Shown here piece after piece: positions 1-12,077 of a stretch of DNA of 64,000 nucleotides (positions are counted from its first letter, which is position 1; each line of letters starts with the position of its first letter). Below the pieces are notes generated by a model that saw nothing but the letters and a program-made list of their open reading frames with translations, did no database searches and had not been told where the DNA came from. The stretch lies in the NCBI GenBank assembly GCA_964188305.1, contig OZ076894.1, one strand, 5' to 3'. This DNA comes from Podarcis bocagei. Lineage: Eukaryota. The position numbers were made by a program, and so were the translations under genes.

Positions 1-949
1 ATCTGCTTGTGATACCATGGAGGTGGCCTTTTTCATGGGTGGCACCAGTGTTGCAGAATGCCCTCCCTTTGAGATCAGAGGGACATTGCCCTGACTCCTG
101 AAGACACTGAATTCAAGATTATGTTGTCTTAACAGGTTTTTTTTTACCTATTTAAATTGTTTCGCTTCTTATCTGCTTATTTTGTTGTGTATTTTAATTA
201 AGAATGTTTTGATGTTACTGTGTAATTAATTATGGACTGATTTCACAGCTGGGCAGTTTTTGCACCCTTCCCTCTGTGCACCTAAGGAGGAAAGAGTCCG
301 TGTCCACAGGCCGGACTTAGGGAGCCGCTTTGCCTTCCTTGCCACTTGAAATCAGGAGCCTTGAAGGGGCACCAGCCACACACTTTGCCCTGCAGGGCGG
401 AGTCTGCATAGTTTGGGTCCAAAAGCAGCACTCTCCGCCCAAGCCGCTGATGAATGTTCAATTTCTGTTCCCATCAGCCTCCAGAGCGGAGCTGTTGTCT
501 TCATTCACACAAATTGTGCCTCGGACAACCCCACTATCCTTTGCTCCAGGGTCACTGTGGCCCTTTCCAGCAGCTCCGTTGACCTTCAGAATGACGAGTG
601 TCTCAGTTTCACAGAATCTTAGAAGGGCAGAGTTGGAAGAGAACTCCAAGGGTCATCTCGTCCAGCCCCCTGCAATGCAGGGATCGCAGCTAAGGAATCC
701 CTGACAAGTGGCACCCATGTCTTTGCTATGGGGGGGGGGGCTTCCCCCCGGATACATTTCTACTTCTGGCTCACAAAGGGGTCTGTTTTCTTTCATTCGT
801 TTAATCAGATTTCTCTGCCCCTGAATCATCTTAGAGATTGCCCCAGGCCACACACTGGCCCGGCCCTTGTTGGGACCTGGGCTGGAAAGGGGCCTTCCAA
901 AATAGCCCCCGACCTTCGGAACGAGGCAGCCCCGAGGGGCAGCGGGGGC

Positions 950-1900
950 TTCATCGGCTCAGGCCCGTGAGCCCCAGGGCGGGGGGTGGGGTCCAAATCC
1001 GGCCGGGGTGGGGGAACAGAAGCAGCAGCAACCCCCAGCCCCCCAAGAGGGCCAGTCCTGCCAGGAAGCCCCACTGGCTAAGCCCGGGGGGGCGCCACGC
1101 CCTCTGCACATGCTCGGAGGCGTCTTCTCCCGAGCCAGGGCCAACCCGGGAGGCAGAGGAGCATCCCCGCGAGGACGTGCAGCTGCTGCCGGGGCTCCGC
1201 TCGGGGTCGCGCACGTGGCCGGGCCGCCCGCCGAGGCGAAGCCCCGCCCAGGGAAGGCGCGACGCCCCCCGCCCGCCAGTCCGCCCCGGCTCCGCCTCTC
1301 TCGGCCGAGCGCTTCGGCGGCGGCGGCGGCGGCTCGTCCTCCTCGCGGCCGGAGGACCCTCTCGCCGGAGAGCGAGCAGGCAGGCAAGGGGCGCGCAGCG
1401 GGGACGGAGGGGATCCGGATGGCAGGGCGCGGGATTGGCAGGGGTCTTTTTATGGCTGCCATGGGGGGGGGGTCGGCAGCCCCTCTTCCGCGCCAGGGCA
1501 GCTGCTCGGCATGCAGAAGGCTCGCCCGCGAATGGCTTCGCCGGCCTGGCTTCCCCGGAAGAGAGCCGCTGCTGCCAGCCCGTGTCGAGAAGGCTGAGCT
1601 AGGTGGACCAAGCCTCGGCTTGGCTACTCCACACACACACGCACACACCCTGCTACGGAGCCGGGCGGATGCTGCGACCCAACGCCTTTCTGGGTCGCGG
1701 CGCGGCGGCTGGGCGCGCAAGCGGAACGGGGGGCGGTGGAAGCCTTCGGGGAGCCCTTGGAAGCGGGTGGGGGGGGCTAGTCTGTGGCGCCTGTGGGGGG
1801 TTAGATTGCCTCCACCCCCAAAAAACCCTTTGAAAGAGACAGTAAGGCGCCGAGGGTGATCTGTCCTGGGGGTGGAAAGTTTGCTCCGCGGCGCCTGCGG
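950..1900. promoter_or_regulatory. CpG island, probable promoter/5' non-coding exon of the INSYN2-like gene
   Basis: Very high GC and CpG density. Possible donor gtaagg near 1842. Acceptor ctctgcag at 6493 lies upstream of the coding exon. Confidence 0.45.
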
Positions 1901-2489
1901 TGTTTAAGGGAACTTCGGAGAGTCGCCGCTTTCACGTCCGCAACTCCCTTGGCGGGGGGGGGGGGGGGCTGGTGGTGACGATTGTTTTATCCGGTGTCTT
2001 AAAGTTTAGGAGGGGGCCAAAAGTCCTGAGGTCCGGGGGCTGGCTCCGCCTGGCTTTCAAGGGGGGTTCTGGGGATTATTGGAGGGGGACCCCAAGACAT
2101 GTCTGCCCCCCGTCTCCTCCCCCCCCCGCCCTTGCCAGCAGGCCAAGGGAGCAGGGACCAAGGCAGAGGCTTAAAGACCTGCCCCTTCCTTGTGGGATGT
2201 GCTTTCGGGGAGCAGGCTTCATGCTGCCCCAAGAAATGCCCCTGCCATGCAGGTGCTGCTTTGGCTGCATCAGACGCCCAGCTGCCCTTCAGGGGATCTT
2301 GGAAGGGGGCGGCAGCCAGAGACCACCTTCTTCGGGGCTTGCCACTCCTTCCTTCTTTGCAGCTTGGACCCTGGATCTCTCCCCCGCCCTCTGGACTCTG
2401 GCTGGGAGCTCCTGAGCCGCTTCTCTGCTTGTGTGTGAGACCCTGAGGCAGGGCTGGGCTGGTGCTCCCTCTTGGCGCTGGCTTGACTT

Positions 2490-2700
2490 AGAATAATAGA
2501 ATCGTAGAGTTGGAAGGGACCCCAAGGGTCATCTAGTCCAACCCCCTTGCAATGCAGGAATCGCAGCTGAAGAATCCCTGACGTGACCACCAAGCGGCTG
2601 CCTAGAAGCCTCCCCACCTTCTGAGAGTCTGTTCCGCTGTCAAGCGGTTTGTACTGGCAGAAAGTTCTTCCCAATGTTGAGTTGGAATCTCTTTTCCTGC
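2490..2700 (-). repeat. CR1 LINE 3' fragment
   Basis: Reverse complement of the tail ggggttggactagatgacccttggggtcccttccaactctacgattct. Related short tails at about 610-700, 3610-3740, 6325-6385, 8460-8510, 10258-10325, 11280-11410 and 35825-35885. Confidence 0.7.
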
Positions 2701-3104
2701 AGGGGGGGCTTCTTTCTCCCCGGGGGGGGGCACCCTCACACTGGAGCAAGGCCCCCAGTCCATCTGGCTGGCCACTGCTTGGTCTCCCCCTTCCAGGGCG
2801 GCCACCCTAGAGGTTCAGTTTTATGTGGGGCACAGCCAACCAGACTTGAGGCGTGGGCAAGGGAAGCTCTCCTTGGATAGTGCCCACAGCTCCAGCCTGC
2901 CCCTCTCCTGTACTTCTGGCCTCCAGGGCCCCCTGGAGTCTCCTCTTGTGGCCCCTGCCTCACTTTCCCTGAGTGCCTTCCCTGGACTCGCAGGTAGAGG
3001 CCCTGCTCCCACCTGCCTCACTGGGCACCCATTATTTCTGGGGTCTCCGTTTCCAGGCTTGTGGGGGGGGAGAAGAGGGGGTGCTTTTTCCCTCTTGCCC
3101 TTCA

Positions 3105-3350
3105 GAGGAGGGTGACCAAGATGGCGAAGCCTCTGGAAACCGAGCCTGATGAGGAAGGGTTGAAGGAGCTGAGGATGTTTCAGCTGGAAAAGAGGAGACT
3201 GAGAGGAGATGAGGCAGCCACCTTCAAATACCTGAAAGGCTGTTACCTGGAAGAGGCACCTGTCCTGGATCCTTCAGCTGAGATCCCTGCATTGCAGGGG
3301 GTTGGACTAGATGACCCTTGGGATCCCTTCCAGCCCTGCACTTCTAATAT
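3105..3350 (+). repeat. CR1 LINE 3' fragment (RT C-terminus + tail)
   Basis: [17 protein letters not shown]...FKYLKGC is a typical CR1 ORF2 end and is followed by the CR1 tail. Confidence 0.8.
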
Positions 3351-6300
3351 TCTGAGAGCTCTTGAGCTGGATCAGGCCAGAGGTGGCCCCTTCCGGCCAG
3401 CGTCCTGCTCCCACATTGGCCAGCCAGATGCTCCCAGGCAGGACCTGAGTGCAGCAGCCATACTTGGGATGATCTCCTGCGACTTTGCAGTGGTGGGAGA
3501 GCCTGGCCACTGTGTCTCTCAGCTCTCTGTCCTTCTGCTCATTGCCTCTTGGGGCCTGCAGCCCCCAGCCGCCTGCTCCGGCTGGTTGTCTCGCTCTGCA
3601 GAACATTCATAGAGTCACAGCATACTGGTGGGAAGGGACCCTGAGGGTCATCCAGCCCACCCCCCCTGCAAGGCAGGAATCTTGACGAAGGCATCCATGG
3701 TGGATGCTCATCCAACCTCCGCTTGAAGCCCCCAAGGAAGGAGACAGTTCTTTCCCCCCACCTGCCCTCAGGGAGGGGTCCTGCTTGTGATCATGGGCAG
3801 CCGGCTGGGCATTGGGTGTGCTGTAAGCCACGCACAGGCGCACGCCCCCCCCCCCCGCCACTCTCCTCGCCCGGTGTTGCCAATACTAATGAGAGGCCCT
3901 TCCAGTCAGGTCTGGGTCTGGGCACAGCTCCAGGAACAGGAAGGAAATTGCCCAGGTGTCTGCCTGGGTGGCAGGTGGTCCAGAATCCTCAATTCTGCTG
4001 CAGCAAAATGGGTGGGGGGAGCAGGCAGGCAGGCAGGCAGGCTCCCTCCTCCTTCTCCTCCTCCTCCTCCTCCTCCTCCTGGGGTGCTCTGAGGAAGGCC
4101 AGTGATTCGCTCGCTCAGCAGTTGGAAACTTTGCTTGTTAGCAGTGCGGGAGAAAGTCTGGGCGGCTGTGCTGAGCTGGCAACTCCCTTCCTGCTGGGGA
4201 GAAGCGATGGCACAGTGGGGGGGGGGAGGCACTGCAGCTGGGCAGAAGGGGGCTCTTCTGGCCTGGCCCTTTTGCCAGGAGGCATTGGCCTGCCTGGGAC
4301 GCCCCTCCTGCGCAACCCGGAGGCCTCTGCCCTTCATTCTCCCTCCTCTCTGCCAAGTCGGCTGCAGGAGGGGAGAGTGTTGTGCACAGGGCAGGGCTTG
4401 GGGGGCTCCCACCCGGCTAAAGGGCTCTCCTTTGGCTCTCTGGGAATTCCCACCTTACAGAGGGGGCTCCTGGCACCTTCTTTAGGCCTTCTTAGAGCTC
4501 TGCCATCCTGTTCTCATGGCCCCTGACAGTCCTCTGGGACAGGTTCCATTGCATGCTGAAGACACACCATTTACTCTGCCCTCGTGACACCTGGGGTTTA
4601 ATTTCTTTATTGAATTTCCACCCCACCTTTTTCTGCAAGGAGCTCAGGAGGGCAGGTGCATGGTTCTCCCTCCTCCTCATTTAATCCCCACAACAACCCT
4701 GTGAGGTGGGTCAGGCTGAGAGGAGCATGACGGCCCCCTAAGATCCCCCAAGGAGTTTCCTGCCTGAGGAGGGATTCAAACCCTAGTCTCTCCCAGGTCC
4801 CAGTCCAGCACTGACCACTGGCTCTCTGTTGAAGATAGATTCCTAGATCCCACAGTAATTCATCTTAAACTGTTTTTAATACTGCATTTTTAAGTGGCTG
4901 CAACCTTCCTTTCCTTTGCTGTCAGTTTTTAAGCAGAGGTCAGATGGACATTTGTCAGAATCATGGAATCAGTTGTGATTCCTGCAAGGGGGGGGGGGCT
5001 GGTCTGGATGACCTTTCTGTCATTCTGTATCCTGGGACCTTCCGGTGGTGGGCAGGGAAGAAAACCAAGAGCCATTGATAATAATGGCAACCATGTAAAA
5101 TGTTCACAGGCTTGCTACCTTTTGCTTTCTCCCTCCAGTTCCCAAAGGTGCCCCCCCCCCCGGCACAGCCACTTGGAGGTCAGCTGGGAAACTGAGTGGC
5201 GGGGGGGAGGGACGCAGCCGGGGAATGCTCTCTGTGGCAAAGAGAGGCTGTGGCCTCCTCCTGCCTCTGGGCTGGGAGATGGACCCCCTGGTCAGTTTGA
5301 GGGGGCACAGCAAAGGCTCTTGGAGGGTGTCCCCTCCCTGATGCTCCTCTTGGAGGCCGAGACAGGCGGTGGGACGGCTTCTCATCCTCCTCCTCCTCTT
5401 CCTGCTCCCCATGAAGGCCAGGCTGCTATTCTTAGCTGTGGCTTCTGCCTGGCTGGCGTTCCTGGCCTGTTTACGCTGAAGGGCCCCTTCTCTCCCCCCC
5501 CCTTCCCTCTCTCTCTCTCTTCAAACAGAGGCAGCAGCAGCACCAAAGACCAGAGCTTGTCGCTTTGTGTTTTGTGATCCTGCCTGAGACTGGAGGTGGC
5601 AGAGGGGGTTGTGGGAGCCTCCGGAAGGAAACTGGGCACGTTTGGGAGGGGCTTTGCGCACACCAGAAGAGCCTGCTGGGTCAGGCCGGGGGGCCCATCG
5701 AGTCACAGGGGCCGACCTGCGGGAACCCCCCAAGCAGGAGTGGAGCACATGGCAGCGCCCCCTCCTGCCACTGGGACTCAGAAGCCTTGCAGATTCCGAC
5801 TGTGGAGGCAGAGCAGGGCATCCTGGCGAGTGGCCCTCAGTCGATCGCCCTCTCGTCCTCCACGAATGTCTGTTTCCCCAGACCTTGGGTGAGATGGGTG
5901 GGTGACAGGCTTGGGGAGTTATTTCAGAAGAAAAGTGAGTGGAAAGGAAAGGGTTAAGCCCTCCCCCTCAGCCCTGCTCTGATGCAACCCCCCCCCCCGC
6001 TGCTCCTTAATGGTCAGCCCCTTTAGTGGCCTGATCCAGCTGCTACAGAGCTCCCTTTAGGTTCCTGTGATTCCTAAGTGGAGCCTCCATGGATGGCATC
6101 AGTCTACCTTCGAAATGTGGAGAACAAGAGTGGAAGAGGGCTGCTGCTCTTTGGCCAGAGGGGAGCAGGGTGCCTGACTAGGAGGCCCCCCCACTCTGGT
6201 GGCCTCATCCAGCGGCAGACTCTCCTGGGCCACTTGATCTGAGCCTGGGCTAGCAAGGCTGCTTCCTATGACTCCCCTTCTGCTCTGCATGGCGTTAAGG

Positions 6301-6896
6301 CCGGTTTATAGGACAAGTCAGGGATTACGGCATTGCATTGCAGGGGGCTGGACTGGATGCCCTTTGAGGGTCCCTTGCAGCTCTACACTTCTCTTATGTC
6401 TTACTTTTGCACTGTTTTTCTTAGCCCTGGTTGTAGTGTGGAATACAGCTGGAACAGGTTTCCACCCATTCCTCTCCTCTCTTCTCTCTGCAGGTCCGTT
6501 GCCCTGGGAGGCTATGGGCTGGCGCTGTGCCTGCCGGCCCCACAAGCGGAAGCAGCAGCCGTGAGCAGGATGGGCTCCCTTCTCCCCCCTCCCTTCTCCC
6601 GGCCCAGAGAGAGGCCCTCAGAGGCCGGGGACGGACCCTAGAGAGGGGGGAGGGGGGGAGAGCAGGCCATGGGGTTCCTGCCGGCTGGGGGGCAAAGGCC
6701 AGGCCTCCTCCAGCCATGAGGCACCGGCTGCCCCCTTGGGAGTCGCTGAGGCTGAGCCCCAGGCAGCAGCACCCACGGGAGAGATGCTTTGCGCCCCGGT
6801 GGAGGGGGCAGCCGAATCAACGCTTTCTGGGGAACGGCTTGCAGTCATGCGGGGCAGGAGGCTGTGACGCCCCCCTGGAGGGGCAAAGGGGCTGCC

Positions 6897-9800
6897 ATGG
6901 CCAGCCAGGAGGCAGCCCCGGAGGCCGGGCAAGAGAAGGCGGTCGCCGGGGTCCGCTCCGTGCTGCTCAAGCGCGACTCGCCGGGTGCTGAGGACCGCCT
7001 GCAGCGCCGCCGCCGCCACCGCGCCCAGCAGGTGCGCTTCAAGGACCTGGAAGAGGGCGAAGAGGAGCCCCCGGGCAGCCACCGCCCACGTGCCTCTGCT
7101 GCAAACTGCGCCAGGCGGAGCTGGCCCCAATCCGGGCCCCGCCTGCTGCTCGCCCTCCCGGATCCCCACGGGGCGACTGGCATCAGCACCGCCAGCCAGA
7201 CGTCACCCAGCCTGCAGCGGGCCCCCCGCAGCAAGAGCTCCTGCGACCTCGCCCAGGAAGGGGCGCCCTGTGCAGTGGGCCGCAGCCAGGATCCGCCCCT
7301 GGGGGGCACCGCCAGCCTTCCTGCCCTTGGTTGCTCCCTCGCCTTACCCCACGCCCAGCAGTGCCCCAGACTTCCTGCCACCCTGTGCCCCGGGCTGCCA
7401 GCTCCCCAGGGGTCATGCCCCCCGTACCCGGGGCGGGGGGCCCCGTGCCTCTCGGCCAGCTGCTCTTCCCAGCGCAAGCACTGTGCCCCCTCCTCCACGC
7501 AGCCCCATGGCACACCAAGCAGCTGCAGCAGCTCTGGCGCCCCCTGGCTGTGCCCACCCCCCTCTGAGCAGGCCTCAAGAGCCCCTCCCTGTGCCCCCCA
7601 GAGGGGCATCCCTGCCCCCTGCCCCCTTGCTCAGGGCCCCCCCACCGAAGACCCCACCTCTGCCTTCCTGCTTCCCACAGCAGGGCCCCCTAAGTCAGGA
7701 AAACCAGCAGCACCTGCGGCCTCCCCAGAGAGCCTCAGCACCACTCAGGCCCACCCCCCAGCCCCCACGCCTTCCCAGAAGCCTCCGGGCCCCCTTCTGC
7801 CCTCCTCCGGTCCCAGCTGCCCCCCTGAGACCTGCCTCTCCGCCGGACCCGGGGAGACGTTTCCCTGCGGGCAGGACCACCTTCTGCAGCTGGTGTCTGT
7901 GGCTGCCGCGCAGAGGGAGCCCCCGCCAGCATCTCAGGACCTCCCCAGGCGGGGGGGTGACATCCACTCCCAGCTGCAGTCCCTCGAGGGGGTGCTGGAG
8001 ACCAGCCAACGAACCATCAAGGTGCTACTCGACGTCATTCAGGATCTGGAGAAGAAGGAGGCGCAGCGAGATGGGTGAGGCGGGTCTGGGGGGGGGGTCT
8101 GGGTTGCCCAAGGAGCCCCCACTGGTCAGGCCTAGAGCCGCCGTGACCCTTTGGAGCCAGGGATGTTGAATAGATGCCAGGAGAGGCTATATTTATTAGA
8201 TATTCTTCTTCCTCACACTTGTGAGTTCTGCAGAGTGATATCCCTTTTGCTGCTTAGATGGGCTAGTTTTAGCCTTTCCGTTTAAGTAATCTAGGATGTT
8301 TTAAGGCAGATTGGATTCTCCTGATATTTCCCCCTTTTTAAACAATAATCACACAAACAGTCTTGTAAGAGATAAAAATAACATCTACTCAGAGTTTCTG
8401 AGGCAGAATAACAGCAGCTTAAAATGGTAATTCAGTTACAGAGACAAAATTTGTCGAGCCTCTAGGGACCCTGAGGGTCATCTAGTCCAACCCCCTGCAG
8501 TGGAGGAATATGCAGCTATCCCACATGGGAATCAAACCTGTGACCTTTGTTTTCAGCACCAGGCTCCAACCAAATGAGCCAATTTGAGAGGCAGACTTCA
8601 GTTTAGCTTAAAATGGTGTCTGAACATTAGAGCTCAGACTTCGCAGGTGTTCTCCCATTTCTGGCTTGGGGATGAAGAGACAAAAACGAGAGCATGTGCC
8701 CAGGCAGGCAAGAGAAGAGATCTATGGCTGTGCCCTCTGCCCGCCTGGGCACCGTGGGACTGTCTCTCACAGAGTTCTCTCCAGCAAACACACAGGGAAA
8801 TGCTGGGAGCTTCAGCTGTCCAGCAAAACATGACTTTTTGGTTTGACTGCGCTTTAAATGATGGAGCGTTTTTATGGTGGCAGCAGCGGGTTCTTCAGGC
8901 CACAAGCCAGCCTTGGCATCGCCTGGCACTGTACCTGCTCACTTTGGAAGCTGAAGCAGAGCCACTGTGGGGCCAGCCCCCTTGCCTTGGGGCGGCCTCT
9001 GCGCTGTGAGGCCTGAGGGAGTCCTTGCCTGGCTGCCTGCCTGGCACTTCCCTCCCTGAGACCTCCCGGGGGTCTCCTGGCCCCCCAAGCCAGCCCTGAT
9101 GCTTCCCCTCCCCCTGGTCCCTGCTGCTTGACCAGATGCCCTCTGGGCATTGCTGCTTGTGCCCCCCGGCACCAAAGGGGGCCCCTGCAACCAGGCAGGG
9201 AGGCGGCTTCTGGGCCTTCTGCTCATGGGCTCCTTCTGCTCCGTTTCAGGCGGCAGTCCTACCGGACAGGGCAGGACACCACCAACTGCGGGACGTGCCG
9301 GGACTGCGCCTGCATCATCTACAGGTAGGAGGGGCCTGGGTGTGGGGGTGGGGTTTGGGGGTGCCCCCTGGCTTCCCCCACCTCGTCTGCTCTCAGCTGC
9401 CGGCCACAGATCCACTGGCAGCCCAGACATCGGCTCCTGACCTCCACATTTCACATCAACATAAAATGTACGCCTCTTCAGTATGATTGAGGTGATGATC
9501 CTGCGTTTTCTGCTGAGGAGGGCAAAGGGGACTCTGGAGAGAGAGGAAGGCTGTATCGTTGGCCTGGGGTGAAGAGGACCCCCTCCCTAAAGGGCCAGCA
9601 TCTCCCCACCTCCATCAACCCACTTTTAGGCTAAGCCCACCCAGCTCCTTCGTCCTTTGGCTGCTTTCCAGTCTGGGGGTCCTGCTGGGTCTCAGGCAGC
9701 CACTCTTCTTCCTTGCCCAGCAGATTTTCCTCTCGCCTTCTCCCCCCCCCCCAGACCACCCACTTCTCCAGCAGAGCCCCTTCCCTGCTTTGGCCTCTGG

Positions 9801-12077
9801 CTGAAGAGCTGGAGGTGGCCAGGCGTCAGAGGGCCAGTTGCAGGAGGAGGAAGGGCTGCTCTTGAGCCCGGATCCTGCTTGTGGGTTTCCCACGGCATCT
9901 GGCTGGTCACTGGGAGAGCAGGAGGCTGGACTAAGGGAGCCCTGGGCCTGATCCTGGGGCTCCCTGGCACTGCAGGGGCAGTGGATTTTGATGGGGGCAC
10001 AATGGGGCAGAAGCAGACTCTGCAGGGCCTGTGGGGAGCTTGGACCATATCCCAGAAACGACTGCAAGGCTGGGGCAGCCCCACAGGGCCCCGACCCACG
10101 GAGCTGACAGCCGCAAAGGGCTACCAGCCCCATTGGCTGTCTTCTGCCTCTGAACACCAGATACAGGGGCAGACGATGAGGCTGCCCCCAAGTCCGGCTT
10201 AGAGACACTCTGGGCCCTTGCCTAGATGGCCACCTGTCTTGCATGCTCTAGCCGAGATTCCTGCATTGCAGGGGGTTGACCTAGATGACCCCTGAGGTCC
10301 ACTCCAACTCCCAATTCTATGATTCAGTGTTCTTGACACTGACATTTCATACATTCATAGAGTTGGGTGGCACAAGAAGAGTCTGGCTGCTGGACCACCT
10401 AGTCCATCATCGTGCTCTCGCAATGGCCAGCCGGATGCTGGTGGGCTGGGTTCAGCAGGGTGCCCTGGGGGCTGCCAGAGGTCTTGGGTGCTGGAGAAGT
10501 CCCAAGGGAGCTGGCAAGGGCTCCCATGCCTGCCTGCCCGCCTGCCCCAAACAAGTTCTTGAGGGAAGCGGAGGCAAGCGTTTCTGGCAGATGTGATATG
10601 AAGGATGCCTGCAAAGAATGACAGGCCGCCACAGCCTGTCTCCTCCTGCCGGAGATTCTCAGGAGGACAGAGTCCCTGCAGTGGCAGGCCCCCCCCCCCC
10701 CAGCATGGCACGAGAACGGAGGCTGCGTCTTTGGCCCTGCCCCTCCCTCACTTTAGTCCTGGGACTCTGAGTCAGCCAATGACTCCCACTGCCTTGAAGC
10801 TTGGGAGGGATGCCAGGATGCCCCCCCCCCCAGCCCTGGGCACCAATCTATCTATGGTGCCCCTTGCTTCAGTGGGTGTTAAGGAGGGTAGGTAACCATG
10901 TTGGTCTGACGCAGTCAAAATAAATTTAAAAAATTAAAGAATTGTCCAGTTGCACCTTAGAGACCAACTCAGTTTGTTCTGGGTCTAAGTCTTCTACTAC
11001 CTGAAGAAGTGTGCATGCACACAGAAGCTTCTATCCAGAATAAACCGAGTTGGTCTCTAAGGTGCTACTGGACCATTTGTTAAGGAGGGGTTAGAGGAGG
11101 GCTGTGAGCCAGGATGGTGAAAGGGCCTCCATGCCCAGGGAGAGGCGGGTGTCTCTGCCAGTTCCTTGCCGGGGGCAGAGGGGGGCTGAGCTCTGGCTTC
11201 CATAGAATCAGAGTCCTAGAGGGCTCTTGCTCCCAGCCCTGGCTGTTTGGCACAAGGAAGACATCTTCCACAGAAGTCTAGAATCCTAGACTTGCAGAGT
11301 TGGAAGGGACCCCTGAGGGTCTTCTAGACCAGCCCCCCGCAAGCATCCCTGGCAGACGGCCTCCCAATCTCTGCTTAAAAACCTCCAAGGAAGGAGAAAC
11401 CGGCAGCCTCTGCTCCTTGGAGCCTTTTCTCTGGGTCCCCCCCCCCCGTTTCCATTGACCTTCGGAGGCTGTTTCGGGGGTGGGGGGGGGTCTGGCTGGC
11501 TGGCTGTGCAGAGCCTCCCTGGCAGGACTGGGCCTTCTTCCTCTCCCTGCCTGCCTGCCTGCCCGCCGGCTCCTTCTGGCCTCCTGCCTGTGTGCTTCAC
11601 ACAAGGCCTCAGTGCTAATTGGGATTGACGGGTCTGTCTCTGCCGCTGCGGCGACGGGTGAGACATGCCAGGGTCGGCGGAGGCAGGCGGGCTCCCATTG
11701 GCAGCCTCCCCAGGCTCCTGCCAGCTGACCTGCCTCCTCTGCACCAGCTCCCACGGCCCCCCAGGAGGGATGGGGGCAGCCCAGCCAGACCCCCATCTCT
11801 GCCCCCAATCACTAGCGTTGGCTGAGTGGGGTTCCTTGGGAGACGCCTCCCTCTGACTTGCTCCCCGCCTCCCCACAGCGTGGAACATGATTTCCGGAAG
11901 CAGGAGGGGCGTTTGCAGCAGGTGCTGAGCACCATTGAGCCTGAGATGAGCCACAGCCCCCCGGGGGCCACGCGAGCTGCCACGCCGAGCCACCAGGAGC
12001 CGTCGCCAGCGCTGAATCTGCCCGTGGTGAAAGCGGAGCCCAAGAAGTCCCGGCGAAAGTGTTTCTGGTTCCTGTGA
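6897..12077 (+). CDS. INSYN2/FAM196-family protein (inhibitory synaptic factor 2-like), 3 coding exons, ~483 aa
   Basis: Exons 6897-8074, 9250-9324 and 11879-12077, all GT-AG with phases 2/2. Kozak GCCATGG. N-terminal VRSVLLKRDS...QQVRFKD and C-terminal LQSLEGVLETSQRTIKVLLDVIQDLEKKEAQRDG|RQSYRTGQDTTNCGTCRDCACIIYS|VEHDFRKQEGRL...CFWFL match the FAM196 conserved blocks. AATAAA at 12326-12331. Confidence 0.85.
10889..11077 (-). mobile_element. Older Penelope-like copy with inverted 5' part and degenerate hammerhead, 12-bp TSD
   Basis: TSD TGTTAAGGAGGG at 10877-10888 and 11078-11089. Imperfect inverted arms. CTGAAGAAGTGTGCATGCACAC from 11001, with a mutated GAAA box. Confidence 0.75.

Noticed and set aside
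838-1859. Overlapping 250-280 aa ORFs on both strands
   Set aside because: Low-complexity R/G/P/A translations of a CpG island with no recognisable domain.
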